Source: a virus. Taken from it: 64,000 nt of DNA. The stretch's first letter is position 1. Every line of letters begins with the position of its first letter. Positions 18,207-28,273 of the stretch are shown here, piece after piece. The notes under the pieces were generated by a model. It was not told the origin of the DNA, ran no database searches, and saw only the letters and a list, made by a program, of their open reading frames with translations. The stretch lies in the IMG/VR virus record IMGVR_UViG_3300002054_000009. One strand, 5' to 3'. A program made the position numbers and the translations under genes.

Positions 18207-19742
18207 TTAATCTTTATCTGATCTTTTCAATAGTTTCATTAGAAGTGCAATTATCCTCTTAATGATCGAAGATGTTGATTCTTCCCCATCGTCCTTCACT
18301 TCTTCTGACTCCATAACTTCTGGTTTAATTATATCACTTCTTCCGATTTTATATACAACTTTTTCGGAATTAATGAATGGTCCACCATCAGGTGTTGATG
18401 TAACATAATATTCTCCTTCAGCACTACCTTCAGGGATAGTCCATTCGGTGCCCACCATCGAAGCTGTGTACACATTATCATTGAATTTGATATCATATTT
18501 ACTATCTTTATTGACATCATTCCATCGCATGATATTACCATCAATAGTGATATTGAAATCATTAGAATCATTTGCTTCTGTGGTGGTATCAACAGGCTTA
18601 GATGGGGTGGTTACTGTAGATACAATAACTTCATCACTATCTTCAACACCACTTAAGTCGCGCCAATTAGGAGCCAACCAGTTTCCTTCCTGATCTTCAT
18701 TTTGGTATACACGAACATATAGGATTGCACTTTTATCAGTCTCCAGTCGCTCATTAGACATAGTTCCGATATTATAACCCCAGAGGCCCGCATCGCGTTG
18801 GATATAGGGTGGATCTGCAGCGATTCCATCACCGCCACCAGCAGCACTATTCCCTTCGCGAGTTAAATATAGTGCCATTGCGATATGTACAATTGCAACA
18901 TCATCCCTCGCAACTTCAATTCCATCGACATACCAAATAGTAACGGTGTTATCCCAATATACTGCAATAGTGTGATCACCTTTAGTGATATCAATGCCAA
19001 ATTTTCTACAATCAACGGGTGGAATTTTTTTAGAATTTGCACCAATATTTTTACAAAGCAGAAAATGTTCTGCACCCGGTGATGGCTCATATTCAAAAAT
19101 GTCACATTCTAAACCGTTTGCAGCAGAATCATCATATGTTCCACCAACCAGCGATCTATCTTCATCAATTGGATCGACGGCTGGTAATAACCAAACACTA
19201 TTCCTACCACCTTCAACGTTGGTCTGTTCGAAATTTACACCAACTTCTACAAATCCATAACGAAAATAAAAGTTGGGACTATCTTGGCGAGCTGGCCTAA
19301 CAGCACCATCATGCCATGACATCGCATAGGTATCTAACCATGAGGTATAAATCTTTTTCCTAAAATCTGCAACGTCACCGTTCCGGGGATTCGTATATGG
19401 GTGATGGCTTGATTTAATAGTGGGATCATCTTCATCACTCCTATAAAATCCCATATAAAGAGCACCATCCTTAACTTCAATAGTTTTGTCATGATGTTTG
19501 TCGTACCAAACAGCATGGCGCTTACCATGTGGATACTCACCATCTCTCCTGTTTCCCTGAGTATCAAAACCGAAAGTATTAGTTACATGTTGACTCATCT
19601 GAGCATTATTTCCCTGAAAATCAGGAAGAATTTTTTCAATTCGCCACTTATCTTTATTCAGGCTATTGCCATTAAATTCATCATTCCAGACCATTTTCCA
19701 GTTTTTATTTTTATATGGTCCATCGTTTATAATTGGTAGCAT
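18207..19742 (-). CDS. GH16 glycoside hydrolase with C-terminal linker/extra domain
   Basis: WKMVWNDEFNG, RYGFVEV, WLLP, catalytic ECDIFE (ExDxxE), HT.AVYW...WYVDG; TAAATA at 19771-19776 on minus strand. Confidence 0.85.
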   Translation of the reverse strand: MLPIINDGPYKNKNWKMVWNDEFNGNSLNKDKWRIEKILPDFQGNNAQMSQHVTNTFGFDTQGNRRDGEYPHGKRHAVWYDKHHDKTIEVKDGALYMGFYRSDEDDPTIKSSHHPYTNPRNGDVADFRKKIYTSWLDTYAMSWHDGAVRPARQDSPNFYFRYGFVEVGVNFEQTNVEGGRNSVWLLPAVDPIDEDRSLVGGTYDDSAANGLECDIFEYEPSPGAEHFLLCKNIGANSKKIPPVDCRKFGIDITKGDHTIAVYWDNTVTIWYVDGIEVARDDVAIVHIAMALYLTREGNSAAGGGDGIAADPPYIQRDAGLWGYNIGTMSNERLETDKSAILYVRVYQNEDQEGNWLAPNWRDLSGVEDSDEVIVSTVTTPSKPVDTTTEANDSNDFNITIDGNIMRWNDVNKDSKYDIKFNDNVYTASMVGTEWTIPEGSAEGEYYVTSTPDGGPFINSEKVVYKIGRSDIIKPEVMESEEVKDDGEESTSSIIKRIIALLMKLLKRSDKD

Positions 19743-19793
19743 GTCTGTTGATCCTTTAGAAGTTAATATTTATTTAGTATTAATATTTTTTTC

Positions 19794-21686
19794 TTAGTTA
19801 CCAACCCTAACCAACTCAATATAATCAATAGCATGGTTCTGAGATCTTCCCGAAAACTCTAAGGTATATGTGTTACCAGCTTCTAAACGAACCTTAAATT
19901 GTTCGTGAGCTGATTGACCTTCTACATCAGCACTTGAAGATACTACCCATTTATTAACAGCTCCACCACTAAACACTTTTGTCCAATCGGTGAAATCAGC
20001 AGAACCCGATACCCTACCAGCATTAATTTTAAACCATGAATCATTAAAAAGATCAGATCGTGTGGGATTTACTGCCTGTGCCCGCATCCGAAACACATAT
20101 TCTCCTGATTGTGTTGCATCAATAATAATTTTAGAAGCGCCTCTTCCCGCAGTGCTATGTGCAAATGAGTCACCACCATTCCAGCGAATATAACCATCTC
20201 CTGAAAATCCAGAAATTGAAGATTCTTTTACCCATCCAGTACCTAGATTGGCCCTTTCTATTTCAACTCTAATCGTGCTTGATGTTTGATTAACTCTTAA
20301 ATCATCACTACCTCCAGTATTATCACCACTCACATTTCCTGTAGGTGTTGTTGTAGTTGGAAGGAAAGCATCAGCAAATTCGAACCAATTTGCAATATCC
20401 CCACTATCAAGTCCAAGTACCCACATCATTTCAACCGCATCAGATCCGTCAAATTTACTTCTAGGATTTAACAAATCAAATGCAACATTCCATTCGTCGC
20501 CATATTCTGCATTGTTACGAAATCGATTTACTAACCCAGCATTAAAATTACTTCCAGAAATATTCAAGTTAGCAGTTCGGTTATTACTCACATTTCCATT
20601 ATCAATTGTGAGATAATTTGCACGCGATGACATATAAGAAAGGTTTGAATTTAATGTATTATTCTGATTCCAAGCAGTGCTATGCTGGACTATGTTGATC
20701 TTTTTAAGATTTCCAGAATATCCAAGACTCTCAATTCTGCGAATGACCTCAGTTGAAAAATCCATTGGTCCACCATCTAATGCCCAAACAGAATTGCCTG
20801 CCTGTAACGTAGCTAACCACTTATTTGCCACTGCATTAACGGTGCTAGTATCAAAGGAGTTTGTTGTTCCAGATCTTCCCGCTGATTCATCATACGCATT
20901 AAACCACGTATTAATTGAACCTTCATTTCCATATAATTTATTAAAAATTCTTGGACTATCTTGGATGTAATTACTTCTTGGTCTATCAAAACCACATGTT
21001 CCATTAACAACAATGTAGTCAGTTCCTCGCTCAAGTGCATAGAAATCCAATAACATTCTTCCCGCAGTAGCAGCATGAATATCATCTGGATCTGGGCAGC
21101 TATCGTACTGTGCAGAAATCAAATCACCATCTTTGAATAGGGCATTTGAAGGAATTGTTCCATCCCCCAAATTGACCGCACCTCCTCCGACTGGGGTGGT
21201 TATATTTCCACCAACATTATTAGTGACATCAGATAATGTTGGGTTATTAAAACCTGCACAAATCCATCTACCATCTCCTACGGGATCACAATCAACACTG
21301 GCTTTCCCTGCTGCATCAAAATAGCCATTGCGGGCGGCAAGGATATTATTTCCCATGATTGCAATAGGATCAACTACTGGTGTTGGTGTTGGTGTTGGTG
21401 TTGGTGTTGGTGTTGGTGTTGGTGTTTCAACTCTTTTTAAGTTAGTGGCCTCTGCAAATAATGAAAATGTTGATTCAAGATCAGTTCCAAATACTGCAAT
21501 TCTATTATTAGTAGGTGTGGTTGGTATTACAGGTTCAATTGGTGTTGGTGTTGCAGATGTATCTACATCTGCCATTGTGGGGTTGTTAAAACTTGCACAG
21601 ACCCATCCACCAACCTGTTGCATTTGCATAAGCATTTCGTGCATCGGGTAAAGTTTTTCCGAATACTGCAACTGTTTGGGTTTCAA
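19794..21686 (-). CDS. C-terminal part of a large secreted modular protein (PT linker, repeated D..PD.DD domain, CBM-like beta-sandwich)
   Basis: Paralogous to 21586-22560 domain (GGP.DF, NLKKI..VQ); C-terminal GFSGDGYIRW...Y.L..SGRS...IDYI. Confidence 0.7.
   Translation of the reverse strand: MKPKQLQYSEKLYPMHEMLMQMQQVGGWVCASFNNPTMADVDTSATPTPIEPVIPTTPTNNRIAVFGTDLESTFSLFAEATNLKRVETPTPTPTPTPTPTPTPVVDPIAIMGNNILAARNGYFDAAGKASVDCDPVGDGRWICAGFNNPTLSDVTNNVGGNITTPVGGGAVNLGDGTIPSNALFKDGDLISAQYDSCPDPDDIHAATAGRMLLDFYALERGTDYIVVNGTCGFDRPRSNYIQDSPRIFNKLYGNEGSINTWFNAYDESAGRSGTTNSFDTSTVNAVANKWLATLQAGNSVWALDGGPMDFSTEVIRRIESLGYSGNLKKINIVQHSTAWNQNNTLNSNLSYMSSRANYLTIDNGNVSNNRTANLNISGSNFNAGLVNRFRNNAEYGDEWNVAFDLLNPRSKFDGSDAVEMMWVLGLDSGDIANWFEFADAFLPTTTTPTGNVSGDNTGGSDDLRVNQTSSTIRVEIERANLGTGWVKESSISGFSGDGYIRWNGGDSFAHSTAGRGASKIIIDATQSGEYVFRMRAQAVNPTRSDLFNDSWFKINAGRVSGSADFTDWTKVFSGGAVNKWVVSSSADVEGQSAHEQFKVRLEAGNTYTLEFSGRSQNHAIDYIELVRVGN
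21378..21426. repeat. TGTTGG hexamer tandem repeat encoding (PT)n linker
   Basis: Read directly. Confidence 0.9.
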
Positions 21687-22560
21687 ATACTATTGGAGTT
21701 TGATTTACTGGTGTTGTTTCAACTACTATATTATTAGTAATTGGAAAAAACTTATCAGCAAATGCTGATATTGTTGAATATTCACTAGTTTCTACTCCAA
21801 AAATATGCATTACTGCAACAAACTCAGAAAAATCAATTATTCTGGGACTTGATTGGGGGTCTACGTAAGAATACGCGGTAGACCACTGTGGACCATAATC
21901 AGAATTTAATGATCTCTCCTTAAAGTCATTTCTATCTTCTAATGTTGCATGTTTTCCGTTAAATGCTGGGGTACTGTTTGGGTCATTTCCATCATCAATA
22001 TTAATATAAGTTGTTAAATTTTTAACTATTGTAAGTGAAATATTACTAGTACTACGCTCATTTGCATTGAAACTGTTTTGTACGACACGAATTTTTTTTA
22101 AATTTTCAACCCCTCGATTATTTAATATATTAACCACTCGTGCAGTAAATTCAGATGGACCACCCTCAGCAACGTGAATAGTCCCTCCATTATTAAGAAT
22201 TGCTTCCCATGTATTAGCAACTGTTTGTGTTGTGGTTGGCCAATTTTTAAATCGGGCATCTATACCAGTTGGAAACATATTAATCATATGCTCATAGTTT
22301 CCCACTAAAGTAGTTGTTCCTGCTTTTGCGGAGTTTACGGTTGTCCCAACTACAGCAAGATAATTCACTTCACCATAATTATCAAATAATTCTCTAGTGG
22401 CAATCATTGCTTGCAAGTCATCATAATCTGGCAAAGCATCCCAATGTAAAGCAACTAAATCGCCCGGTTGATATGTTGAATTGGGTGTATTGTTAGATTG
22501 TCCGAATGACGTACCGAAGAAAAAGATGGTTAAAAATATTACACTTAAAAAACGTCTCAT
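21586..22560 (-). CDS. N-terminal part of the same secreted protein (Sec signal peptide), separated by a frameshifting deletion
   Basis: MRRFLSVIFLTIFFFGTSFG signal; ends mid-module AVFGKTLPDARNAYANATG, which continues GGWVCASFNNPT in the other frame. Confidence 0.7.
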   Translation of the reverse strand: MRRFLSVIFLTIFFFGTSFGQSNNTPNSTYQPGDLVALHWDALPDYDDLQAMIATRELFDNYGEVNYLAVVGTTVNSAKAGTTTLVGNYEHMINMFPTGIDARFKNWPTTTQTVANTWEAILNNGGTIHVAEGGPSEFTARVVNILNNRGVENLKKIRVVQNSFNANERSTSNISLTIVKNLTTYINIDDGNDPNSTPAFNGKHATLEDRNDFKERSLNSDYGPQWSTAYSYVDPQSSPRIIDFSEFVAVMHIFGVETSEYSTISAFADKFFPITNNIVVETTPVNQTPIVFETQTVAVFGKTLPDARNAYANATGWWMGLCKF

Positions 22561-22613
22561 TGAATATGCTCCTCTATATAAACATATTTATAAATCTTAA
22601 GAGGAGAAGAAAA

Positions 22614-23153
22614 TTAAGAATTTTTAGTGATAATCGCGACAGCTTCTGTGATAGTATTAACCTCTGGGAGATGATCTGATTCTACAATATTCATGACAAT
22701 TTCTGCTTCTAATTCAGTTTTAACCGTCTGGTTTTGAGTTTTGCGATCAAAATAAGTGTATTGATACCTACCTGTATATTTTTCACCATGTGCCCATCTA
22801 AAAGGAGTTGGTAAATCAGGTGATCCTAAAACTCTTACAGTAAGAAGGACAAGATAGGAAAATATCCAATAAAAACATCTCTTAAAAATATTTTGATCTA
22901 GTCCACATTCTTTTATCCCCCAATGGAGATCATAATCTGCATATTTTCTTTGCCCACGTGTCCCACCATAAAAATATCGTTCATCATGTTGATGGCAGAA
23001 TCGCAGAAACGGTAATGTTCTCTCCTCACCGTAAATTAACTTGGTAATTTTTCGATATAAAATAGAAATACCACTACATCCATCAGAGTTTTCTAAAATA
23101 AATGGACCCTCTCCACGTTTGACACGTTTTGACATGGTTTTTCTTCTCCTCAA
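22614..23153 (-). CDS. phospholipase A2-like (CxxHDxxY) protein
   Basis: DGCSG...FCHQHDERYFYGG...RKYAD; TAAATA at 23165-23170 on minus strand. Confidence 0.55.
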   Translation of the reverse strand: MRRRKTMSKRVKRGEGPFILENSDGCSGISILYRKITKLIYGEERTLPFLRFCHQHDERYFYGGTRGQRKYADYDLHWGIKECGLDQNIFKRCFYWIFSYLVLLTVRVLGSPDLPTPFRWAHGEKYTGRYQYTYFDRKTQNQTVKTELEAEIVMNIVESDHLPEVNTITEAVAIITKNS

Positions 23154-23225
23154 GTTATATATTCTATTTATTGATTGAGGGTAAAATCACAACATTAGAA
23201 TTTACTGTAAGATATAATATATTCC

Positions 23226-23540
23226 ATGAAGAAAACAAAGCAACAAAACGTGACCGCCATTATTTATGATAAGCGTGGACGGGTATTATCCATCGGGAAA
23301 AATTCTTATATTAAGACACATCCTCTTCAGGCACACCATGCCGAAAGAGTTGGCCTACCGGAGAAAGTGTATCTTCATGCAGAAATTGCTGCCATTGTCC
23401 GCTGCAAAAATTTGAAACGAGCACATAAGATATTAGTATCTAGGGTGCTTCGTGACGGATCACTGGGAATAGCGAAGCCATGTCCCGTATGTGCAAGTGC
23501 AATAGAAGCTGCTGGAATAGAAATTATTGAGCATTCGTAA
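23226..23540 (+). CDS. cytidine/dCMP deaminase-like zinc protein
   Basis: HAEIAAI...AKPCPVC. Confidence 0.85.
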   Translation: MKKTKQQNVTAIIYDKRGRVLSIGKNSYIKTHPLQAHHAERVGLPEKVYLHAEIAAIVRCKNLKRAHKILVSRVLRDGSLGIAKPCPVCASAIEAAGIEIIEHS

Positions 23541-24180
23541 AATTTAACAATTCTTCATATTCCTCAAATCGATTTTTATCGATTATTTCTATTTTATTAT
23601 CGATATACCACATGATCCGTCTCTCCGCCTCTTTAAGTATTAATTCTTGAGTATCAAGGACGGAAAGTTTCGGAACCGGTACTGATCTCTCCATTCTTTT
23701 TGGTTTTGGTGAACATGCACTAATCACTGTACCAATGGCTTGCCAAGAACCTTTTAGGTCGATATCCTGTATATAAACAGTATCGCCAAAAGAAGTATAC
23801 ATCGTAACATTATTACCACGTCTCAGGACATCTAATATAGTCTGATTTGATATATCATAGAACATTATATTATTTGAATTTATAGCAACTTTAGTAGCAA
23901 ATCTAAATGCTCTATCATCATCTATCTCAAATGTTACACTATAATCAGTAGGGACTTTTGTGGATTGTCCACCCCTTGACATTACCATGTAGAGGTTGGG
24001 TGGTCGATCATCAATTATTGAACATGATATAGATAATGAAGTATTTCCTGATGCCGTGGTTATCTTCTCGTCAGGAGCTTGGCGTACTTTTACTGACCAC
24101 TCGGAAAATACTTCTACAGGAAACAACACTAAGCATGTACCGAAGATCAAATTTCTTAACAAGAAACAACATTTTCCCAT
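23524..24180 (-). CDS. hypothetical exported protein
   Basis: Hydrophobic N-terminal signal-like segment. Confidence 0.55.
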   Translation of the reverse strand: MGKCCFLLRNLIFGTCLVLFPVEVFSEWSVKVRQAPDEKITTASGNTSLSISCSIIDDRPPNLYMVMSRGGQSTKVPTDYSVTFEIDDDRAFRFATKVAINSNNIMFYDISNQTILDVLRRGNNVTMYTSFGDTVYIQDIDLKGSWQAIGTVISACSPKPKRMERSVPVPKLSVLDTQELILKEAERRIMWYIDNKIEIIDKNRFEEYEELLNFTNAQ

Positions 24181-24186
24181 ATTACA

Positions 24187-24510
24187 TCAATTATTATTTT
24201 TGGTATATATAGTATGGGCCGCAATTTTAGTATTGATTGCAGCATTAACAAGTGCGGGAAGTTTCGATTCCATGTCAGCGGAATTAGTAACTAAATTGTT
24301 TTGAAGATTGTAAATATCCATTAATAGCTGACTTATAGAATTTTCTATATCTGATATTCTCTGCTCAAAATTAACATGGATGTCTGGAGCACGCATATAA
24401 TGTTGATGAATTAACGAATCACTTTCCTGTTTATTCGAATCATAACAATTACACAGTTTATCAGCAATTAAATTTCCCGTCGTATCAATAACACTTCCGT
24501 AATTATTCAT
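24187..24510 (-). CDS. hypothetical coiled-coil protein
   Basis: Coupled to upstream ORF. Confidence 0.55.
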   Translation of the reverse strand: MNNYGSVIDTTGNLIADKLCNCYDSNKQESDSLIHQHYMRAPDIHVNFEQRISDIENSISQLLMDIYNLQNNLVTNSADMESKLPALVNAAINTKIAAHTIYTKNNN

Positions 24511-24934
24511 TATTCTCTCCCCGTTTATTCCAAAACAATGGAAACTTTTTTGGTTTATTATCTAATTGATTTTTTGTAGATGAATTCATAACCTGATTGG
24601 CATCATGAATCTCGCGCTTACGTTCACATACTTCCAACACAAAGCCCAAATCGATAAATGGTAATTCATCATCTATTCGTATTTCAGTTATAGCATCTTC
24701 TATTCTATCAGTAAGTATTTCGATTAATTGTTCAAGTTTTTGAGCACAAAAATGCACATTACCATCATCAATGGTTGTTTTCCCAAACATGGCTTGAATT
24801 TCGGGTGGCTCATCATCCCTAGAATGTCTTAATAGTACTGACTCTAACATCCATTCAAACTTTCGCTTCTTGAGAAATAATTTTTCAACATTCTCATATT
24901 TTGAGGCTGGCACATCTCCTATAGAATCATACAT
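24503..24934 (-). CDS. hypothetical phage protein
   Basis: 143 aa, operon context. Confidence 0.6.
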   Translation of the reverse strand: MYDSIGDVPASKYENVEKLFLKKRKFEWMLESVLLRHSRDDEPPEIQAMFGKTTIDDGNVHFCAQKLEQLIEILTDRIEDAITEIRIDDELPFIDLGFVLEVCERKREIHDANQVMNSSTKNQLDNKPKKFPLFWNKRGENNE

Positions 24935-24937
24935 AAT

Positions 24938-25189
24938 CTATGATTGTCCTATTTTTTTCTTTCGATATCTGGCAGGGCCGGGATCATCAGAACAGTTCCA
25001 CATACTAGTTCCTGTGTGCTCCCCCGGAATTCTGAAACTCCCTGCAGGAACAATAATCCTTCGTAGTGTTCGCTGCCCACATTTTGGACATTCTACAAGT
25101 GGATCATCTTTCATGCTCTGAGTGACTTCAAATTGATCACTATGGAGTGGACAATCTTTATTATCGCATGTGTATGTATACGTTGCCAT
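24938..25189 (-). CDS. FmdB-family zinc-ribbon regulatory protein
   Basis: MATYTYTC...FEV.QSMKDDPL.ECPKCG...LRRII. Confidence 0.85.
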   Translation of the reverse strand: MATYTYTCDNKDCPLHSDQFEVTQSMKDDPLVECPKCGQRTLRRIIVPAGSFRIPGEHTGTSMWNCSDDPGPARYRKKKIGQS

Positions 25190-25414
25190 AGAAAATATTC
25201 CTGTAATTTCTATGTATTATATCAAAGAATATACATCAATGCTAGTAGAATAATCACACTGGTGATGATCACCAAATCTATCCCCCAAAAGGTAAGATGA
25301 TGAATATTATTGTGATAGAATTTTTTAAGTTTATGACTAATAGTATTCATGTTCTATGGCCCGATATATTTGAAGTTATAGATTACACAAATCAATCTCT
25401 TAAGTCAATGAGAG

Positions 25415-25987
25415 TTAGTCCTTGCCTTTATCTTCCAGTGCTTTAGCTTCACGCGCCTTTTGAAGATTGGTTGGACTCTTTCGCTTCTTCCTCCCCGCAC
25501 CTCCCGCAACATCAGTTAATGATGGTTTATCTTCTCCAACACGCTTCCTTGATAGAAACGCTATTGCTTTATCAAATGTGCTATTCATATGTTCTGCACT
25601 TGAAACCATTTTTTCATGGTGTTCCTTATTTCGATTATCCTGCCCATGTGAATCTTTTTGTGGTAATCGCGCTCGAATTTTTGGAAGTTCAATTAATGCT
25701 AATTTTAGTGCTGCCTGAACAGTATCTACATCATTCTCTTTAATTGCATCACTTGTTGCTTGGGATACTGCTCTTGAATTACCGATAGTGTAGGGTCCGA
25801 GTTTCTGTTCACCAGTAGTATAGATAGTGTGAATTTTTTTAGCACCGCGCTTTGCAGCTGCATCATCTGCGACTTCTCTAGCCTTTCGTGCATCAACATC
25901 AAATCGATTTTTGTTTAATCCCCCCACTACTTTATTAGTGGCAGTTCGAAATTTTCGTGGTCCTTCATACAATTGTTCAAGATTCAT
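25415..25987 (-). CDS. basic hypothetical protein with MxLx[EQ]LxE N-terminus (late, possible head-internal protein)
   Basis: Starts MNLEQLYE at 25987; TAAATA at 26022-26027 on minus strand. Confidence 0.6.
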   Translation of the reverse strand: MNLEQLYEGPRKFRTATNKVVGGLNKNRFDVDARKAREVADDAAAKRGAKKIHTIYTTGEQKLGPYTIGNSRAVSQATSDAIKENDVDTVQAALKLALIELPKIRARLPQKDSHGQDNRNKEHHEKMVSSAEHMNSTFDKAIAFLSRKRVGEDKPSLTDVAGGAGRKKRKSPTNLQKAREAKALEDKGKD

Positions 25988-26075
25988 GTGTAGCATTCCC
26001 AAAGATTAAATGTTATGCTATTATTTAGTCGTTTTTACCTGCGAAGTAATAAATATCAATAAAGGAGTGTATTCC

Positions 26076-26366
26076 ATGAAACTGAAGCAACTACACGAAA
26101 AAATTAAATTTGCACATTCTGGGTTTGATCATATTCGAAAAGAGTTGGCGAAAGATCTTACAAAGGGTGAGAGGAATCAATTGGATGATCTTGATAGAAA
26201 AATAACAAATGTCACCGATGAGGAAGATAAAGAGCGCCTTGAGACTATGGCACATGCATTACATTTAAAATTAATGAATAAATATCGATCCAAGGCACAT
26301 TCTCGTGATGATCTTCGAAATAAGAAGGAAGATAAGCGATTTAAAAAGGAAATGCGAGGGGAATAA
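26076..26366 (+). CDS. charged hypothetical protein with MxLx[EQ]LxE N-terminus (late)
   Basis: AAGGAG RBS, MKLKQLHE; TAAATA at 26050. Confidence 0.65.
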   Translation: MKLKQLHEKIKFAHSGFDHIRKELAKDLTKGERNQLDDLDRKITNVTDEEDKERLETMAHALHLKLMNKYRSKAHSRDDLRNKKEDKRFKKEMRGE

Positions 26367-26367
26367 T

Positions 26368-26652
26368 TTAATATTTCCTTTTTAGTCTTTCTAAATCTAT
26401 AGATTTCATAACAATATCATATACAGATATGCACGGACATACTTCTAAGCAACTCGATGAACCAGAACCAGACTGTGCTACCCTCTTCCTAAAGTCCCTA
26501 TCAGTATTTAACCGACGTATAATATCTACGTATCTAGCATCAGCTTCTTCTCGTGATTCAAATATAGTCCCCTGTATAATGTCGGGGACCATATTATCAT
26601 GTGAATCACTCCAAAAATAATCATTTGGTTTAGTATTTCTTATAAAAAACAT
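26368..26652 (-). CDS. RLK-tail family A
   Basis: GTIFESREEA; tail IDLERLKRKY. Confidence 0.7.
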   Translation of the reverse strand: MFFIRNTKPNDYFWSDSHDNMVPDIIQGTIFESREEADARYVDIIRRLNTDRDFRKRVAQSGSGSSSCLEVCPCISVYDIVMKSIDLERLKRKY

Positions 26653-26673
26653 ATACTTATTTATCCCAAAAAT

Positions 26674-26982
26674 TTAACACCGATTTATACGCTTTAAATT
26701 ATCAATAGACCTTTGTAATGCAGTAATTTCCATCGCAACAAGATTAGTATCGCAATGTAGTAAAAATTGGCGAGTGGAAAAAAGTGTATTCTTAATCATG
26801 TTAGATTCTAACCTATTTTTCATAAGATCTATAACTTCCTGCGCCTCAGCAGATGAAGAAAATATTTTTGCACCCATTTGACTATGAAAAACACTAAGAC
26901 CCAAAATTCTATCGTAGTCCAACTCATAATCTTCTAGATAGAAATTTGTGCTGGTGTTTCTTATTGAATATAATCGCTTCAT
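26674..26982 (-). CDS. RLK-tail family A
   Basis: AKIFSSSAEA; tail IDNLKRI. Confidence 0.7.
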   Translation of the reverse strand: MKRLYSIRNTSTNFYLEDYELDYDRILGLSVFHSQMGAKIFSSSAEAQEVIDLMKNRLESNMIKNTLFSTRQFLLHCDTNLVAMEITALQRSIDNLKRINRC

Positions 26983-27281
26983 CGTATAGCTCGCATTCGT
27001 TCAATACCTAGAAAATCACCAAGATCATATTCATAAATTCGTAGCCCATCAGCTATAAACTGTAGCATCAAGACACCTTCACCATCATAAGCCAAAGCAA
27101 ATATGTCTTCTTTGAATTTAGTTGCATCTGTCATACAATCAAATAAGTGTGCCTCACCCACAACGGTTGTCAACAATTCTAAAGACCGCCCACCTTCGGA
27201 ATTTCTATCATCATTAATGAATAATTTGTTGGTGGAAATAAAATGATTAAATTCTTGATGGTATAGAAGATATTTTATCAT
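26979..27281 (-). CDS. RLK-tail family A
   Basis: AHLFDCMTDA; tail LGIERMRAIR. Confidence 0.7.
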   Translation of the reverse strand: MIKYLLYHQEFNHFISTNKLFINDDRNSEGGRSLELLTTVVGEAHLFDCMTDATKFKEDIFALAYDGEGVLMLQFIADGLRIYEYDLGDFLGIERMRAIR

Positions 27282-27577
27282 GTTTTAATTTTTTGCATTC
27301 TTTCTAGTTTGAGAAATTTTTTCATCTTTTCAATGGTTATAGCTTCTATGTTTATTATATCAGATAGGGTGTTGGAGATCAATATACTACCTGATGTTAG
27401 CATCAATAATGATTTATGTTTATCTGCTGAGTGATATGTATCAAATAGTGCAACCCTAGTCATATTAGACGAAAATATATTGGTTAACAAATCAACAGAT
27501 TCGGACGCGAATGCAGCATCGGTGGTTACATAAGAATTATTAGCAACGTTCCTCAATACAAAATATTTAACAGTCAT
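27278..27577 (-). CDS. RLK-tail family A
   Basis: VALFDTYHSA; tail LKLERMQKI. Confidence 0.7.
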   Translation of the reverse strand: MTVKYFVLRNVANNSYVTTDAAFASESVDLLTNIFSSNMTRVALFDTYHSADKHKSLLMLTSGSILISNTLSDIINIEAITIEKMKKFLKLERMQKIKT

Positions 27578-27914
27578 ATCGAATATTCTTTAAACGTTCA
27601 AGATTGAGATATCTTTTAAACTTCGTCGTATAGTCATTGTCGGTAACAATAACGAAATCATTCATTATAATACAGTTGTCCATGTTTTTACTAATATCTC
27701 CATTCCAATATTTTATTTTATTCAATGCATCTTCTGCAGATTCTTCTGATGTATAAGGACGTGCTTTACTTGGATCACCTGAAAGAATCATTTCATCAAA
27801 AATAAAACTAGCTGATACTGGTGGAGAATTTGATTTATCGATATAAAATCCCATTTTTGTTTCGGTTATTCCGGTGAAGTAACTCATGGTTTGTGGGCGA
27901 ATAATATAAAACAT
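27567..27914 (-). CDS. RLK-tail family A
   Basis: ARPYTSEESA; tail LNLERLKNI. Confidence 0.7.
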   Translation of the reverse strand: MFYIIRPQTMSYFTGITETKMGFYIDKSNSPPVSASFIFDEMILSGDPSKARPYTSEESAEDALNKIKYWNGDISKNMDNCIIMNDFVIVTDNDYTTKFKRYLNLERLKNIRYDC

Positions 27915-27958
27915 AGTGAAGATTCCTTAAAACAACATTTTTATATTTTTATAATATA

Positions 27959-28271
27959 TCATATACCTGTAAATGCCAATAACTTCATTCGGTTGATCCC
28001 CACCATATCCTTGAAATAGGGCTTAGAGAATGATACCACTCGCATTCTACCAATTAGAAATGTCATTAATAATGAAGTATTTTTCATATTCTGGAACCGT
28101 TTAACGTGTGCATCGGCGTCACTATATTCAGGAAAAAAAATAAGCCCCACATAGAGTTTGGGTTAATATAGATTTAGTGGTATCGTCTGAGCCATCTGTT
28201 GAGACAGCAATATCAACAGTCGTTAGGTATGCCCCAACTGTATCTATCTGTATTACATAAACATTATCCAT
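27959..28271 (-). pseudogene. RLK-tail family A member frameshifted in a T8 tract
   Basis: MDNVYVIQI...GAYFF, T8 at 28133-28140, then PEYSDADAH...VGINRMKLL in the other frame. Confidence 0.7.
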
Positions 28272-28273
28272 AA

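Noticed and set aside
18329-21651. Numerous antisense and alternate-frame ORFs within GH16 and the secreted protein
   Set aside because: Shadow ORFs of long genes (e.g. VGVGVG is the antisense of the PT linker).
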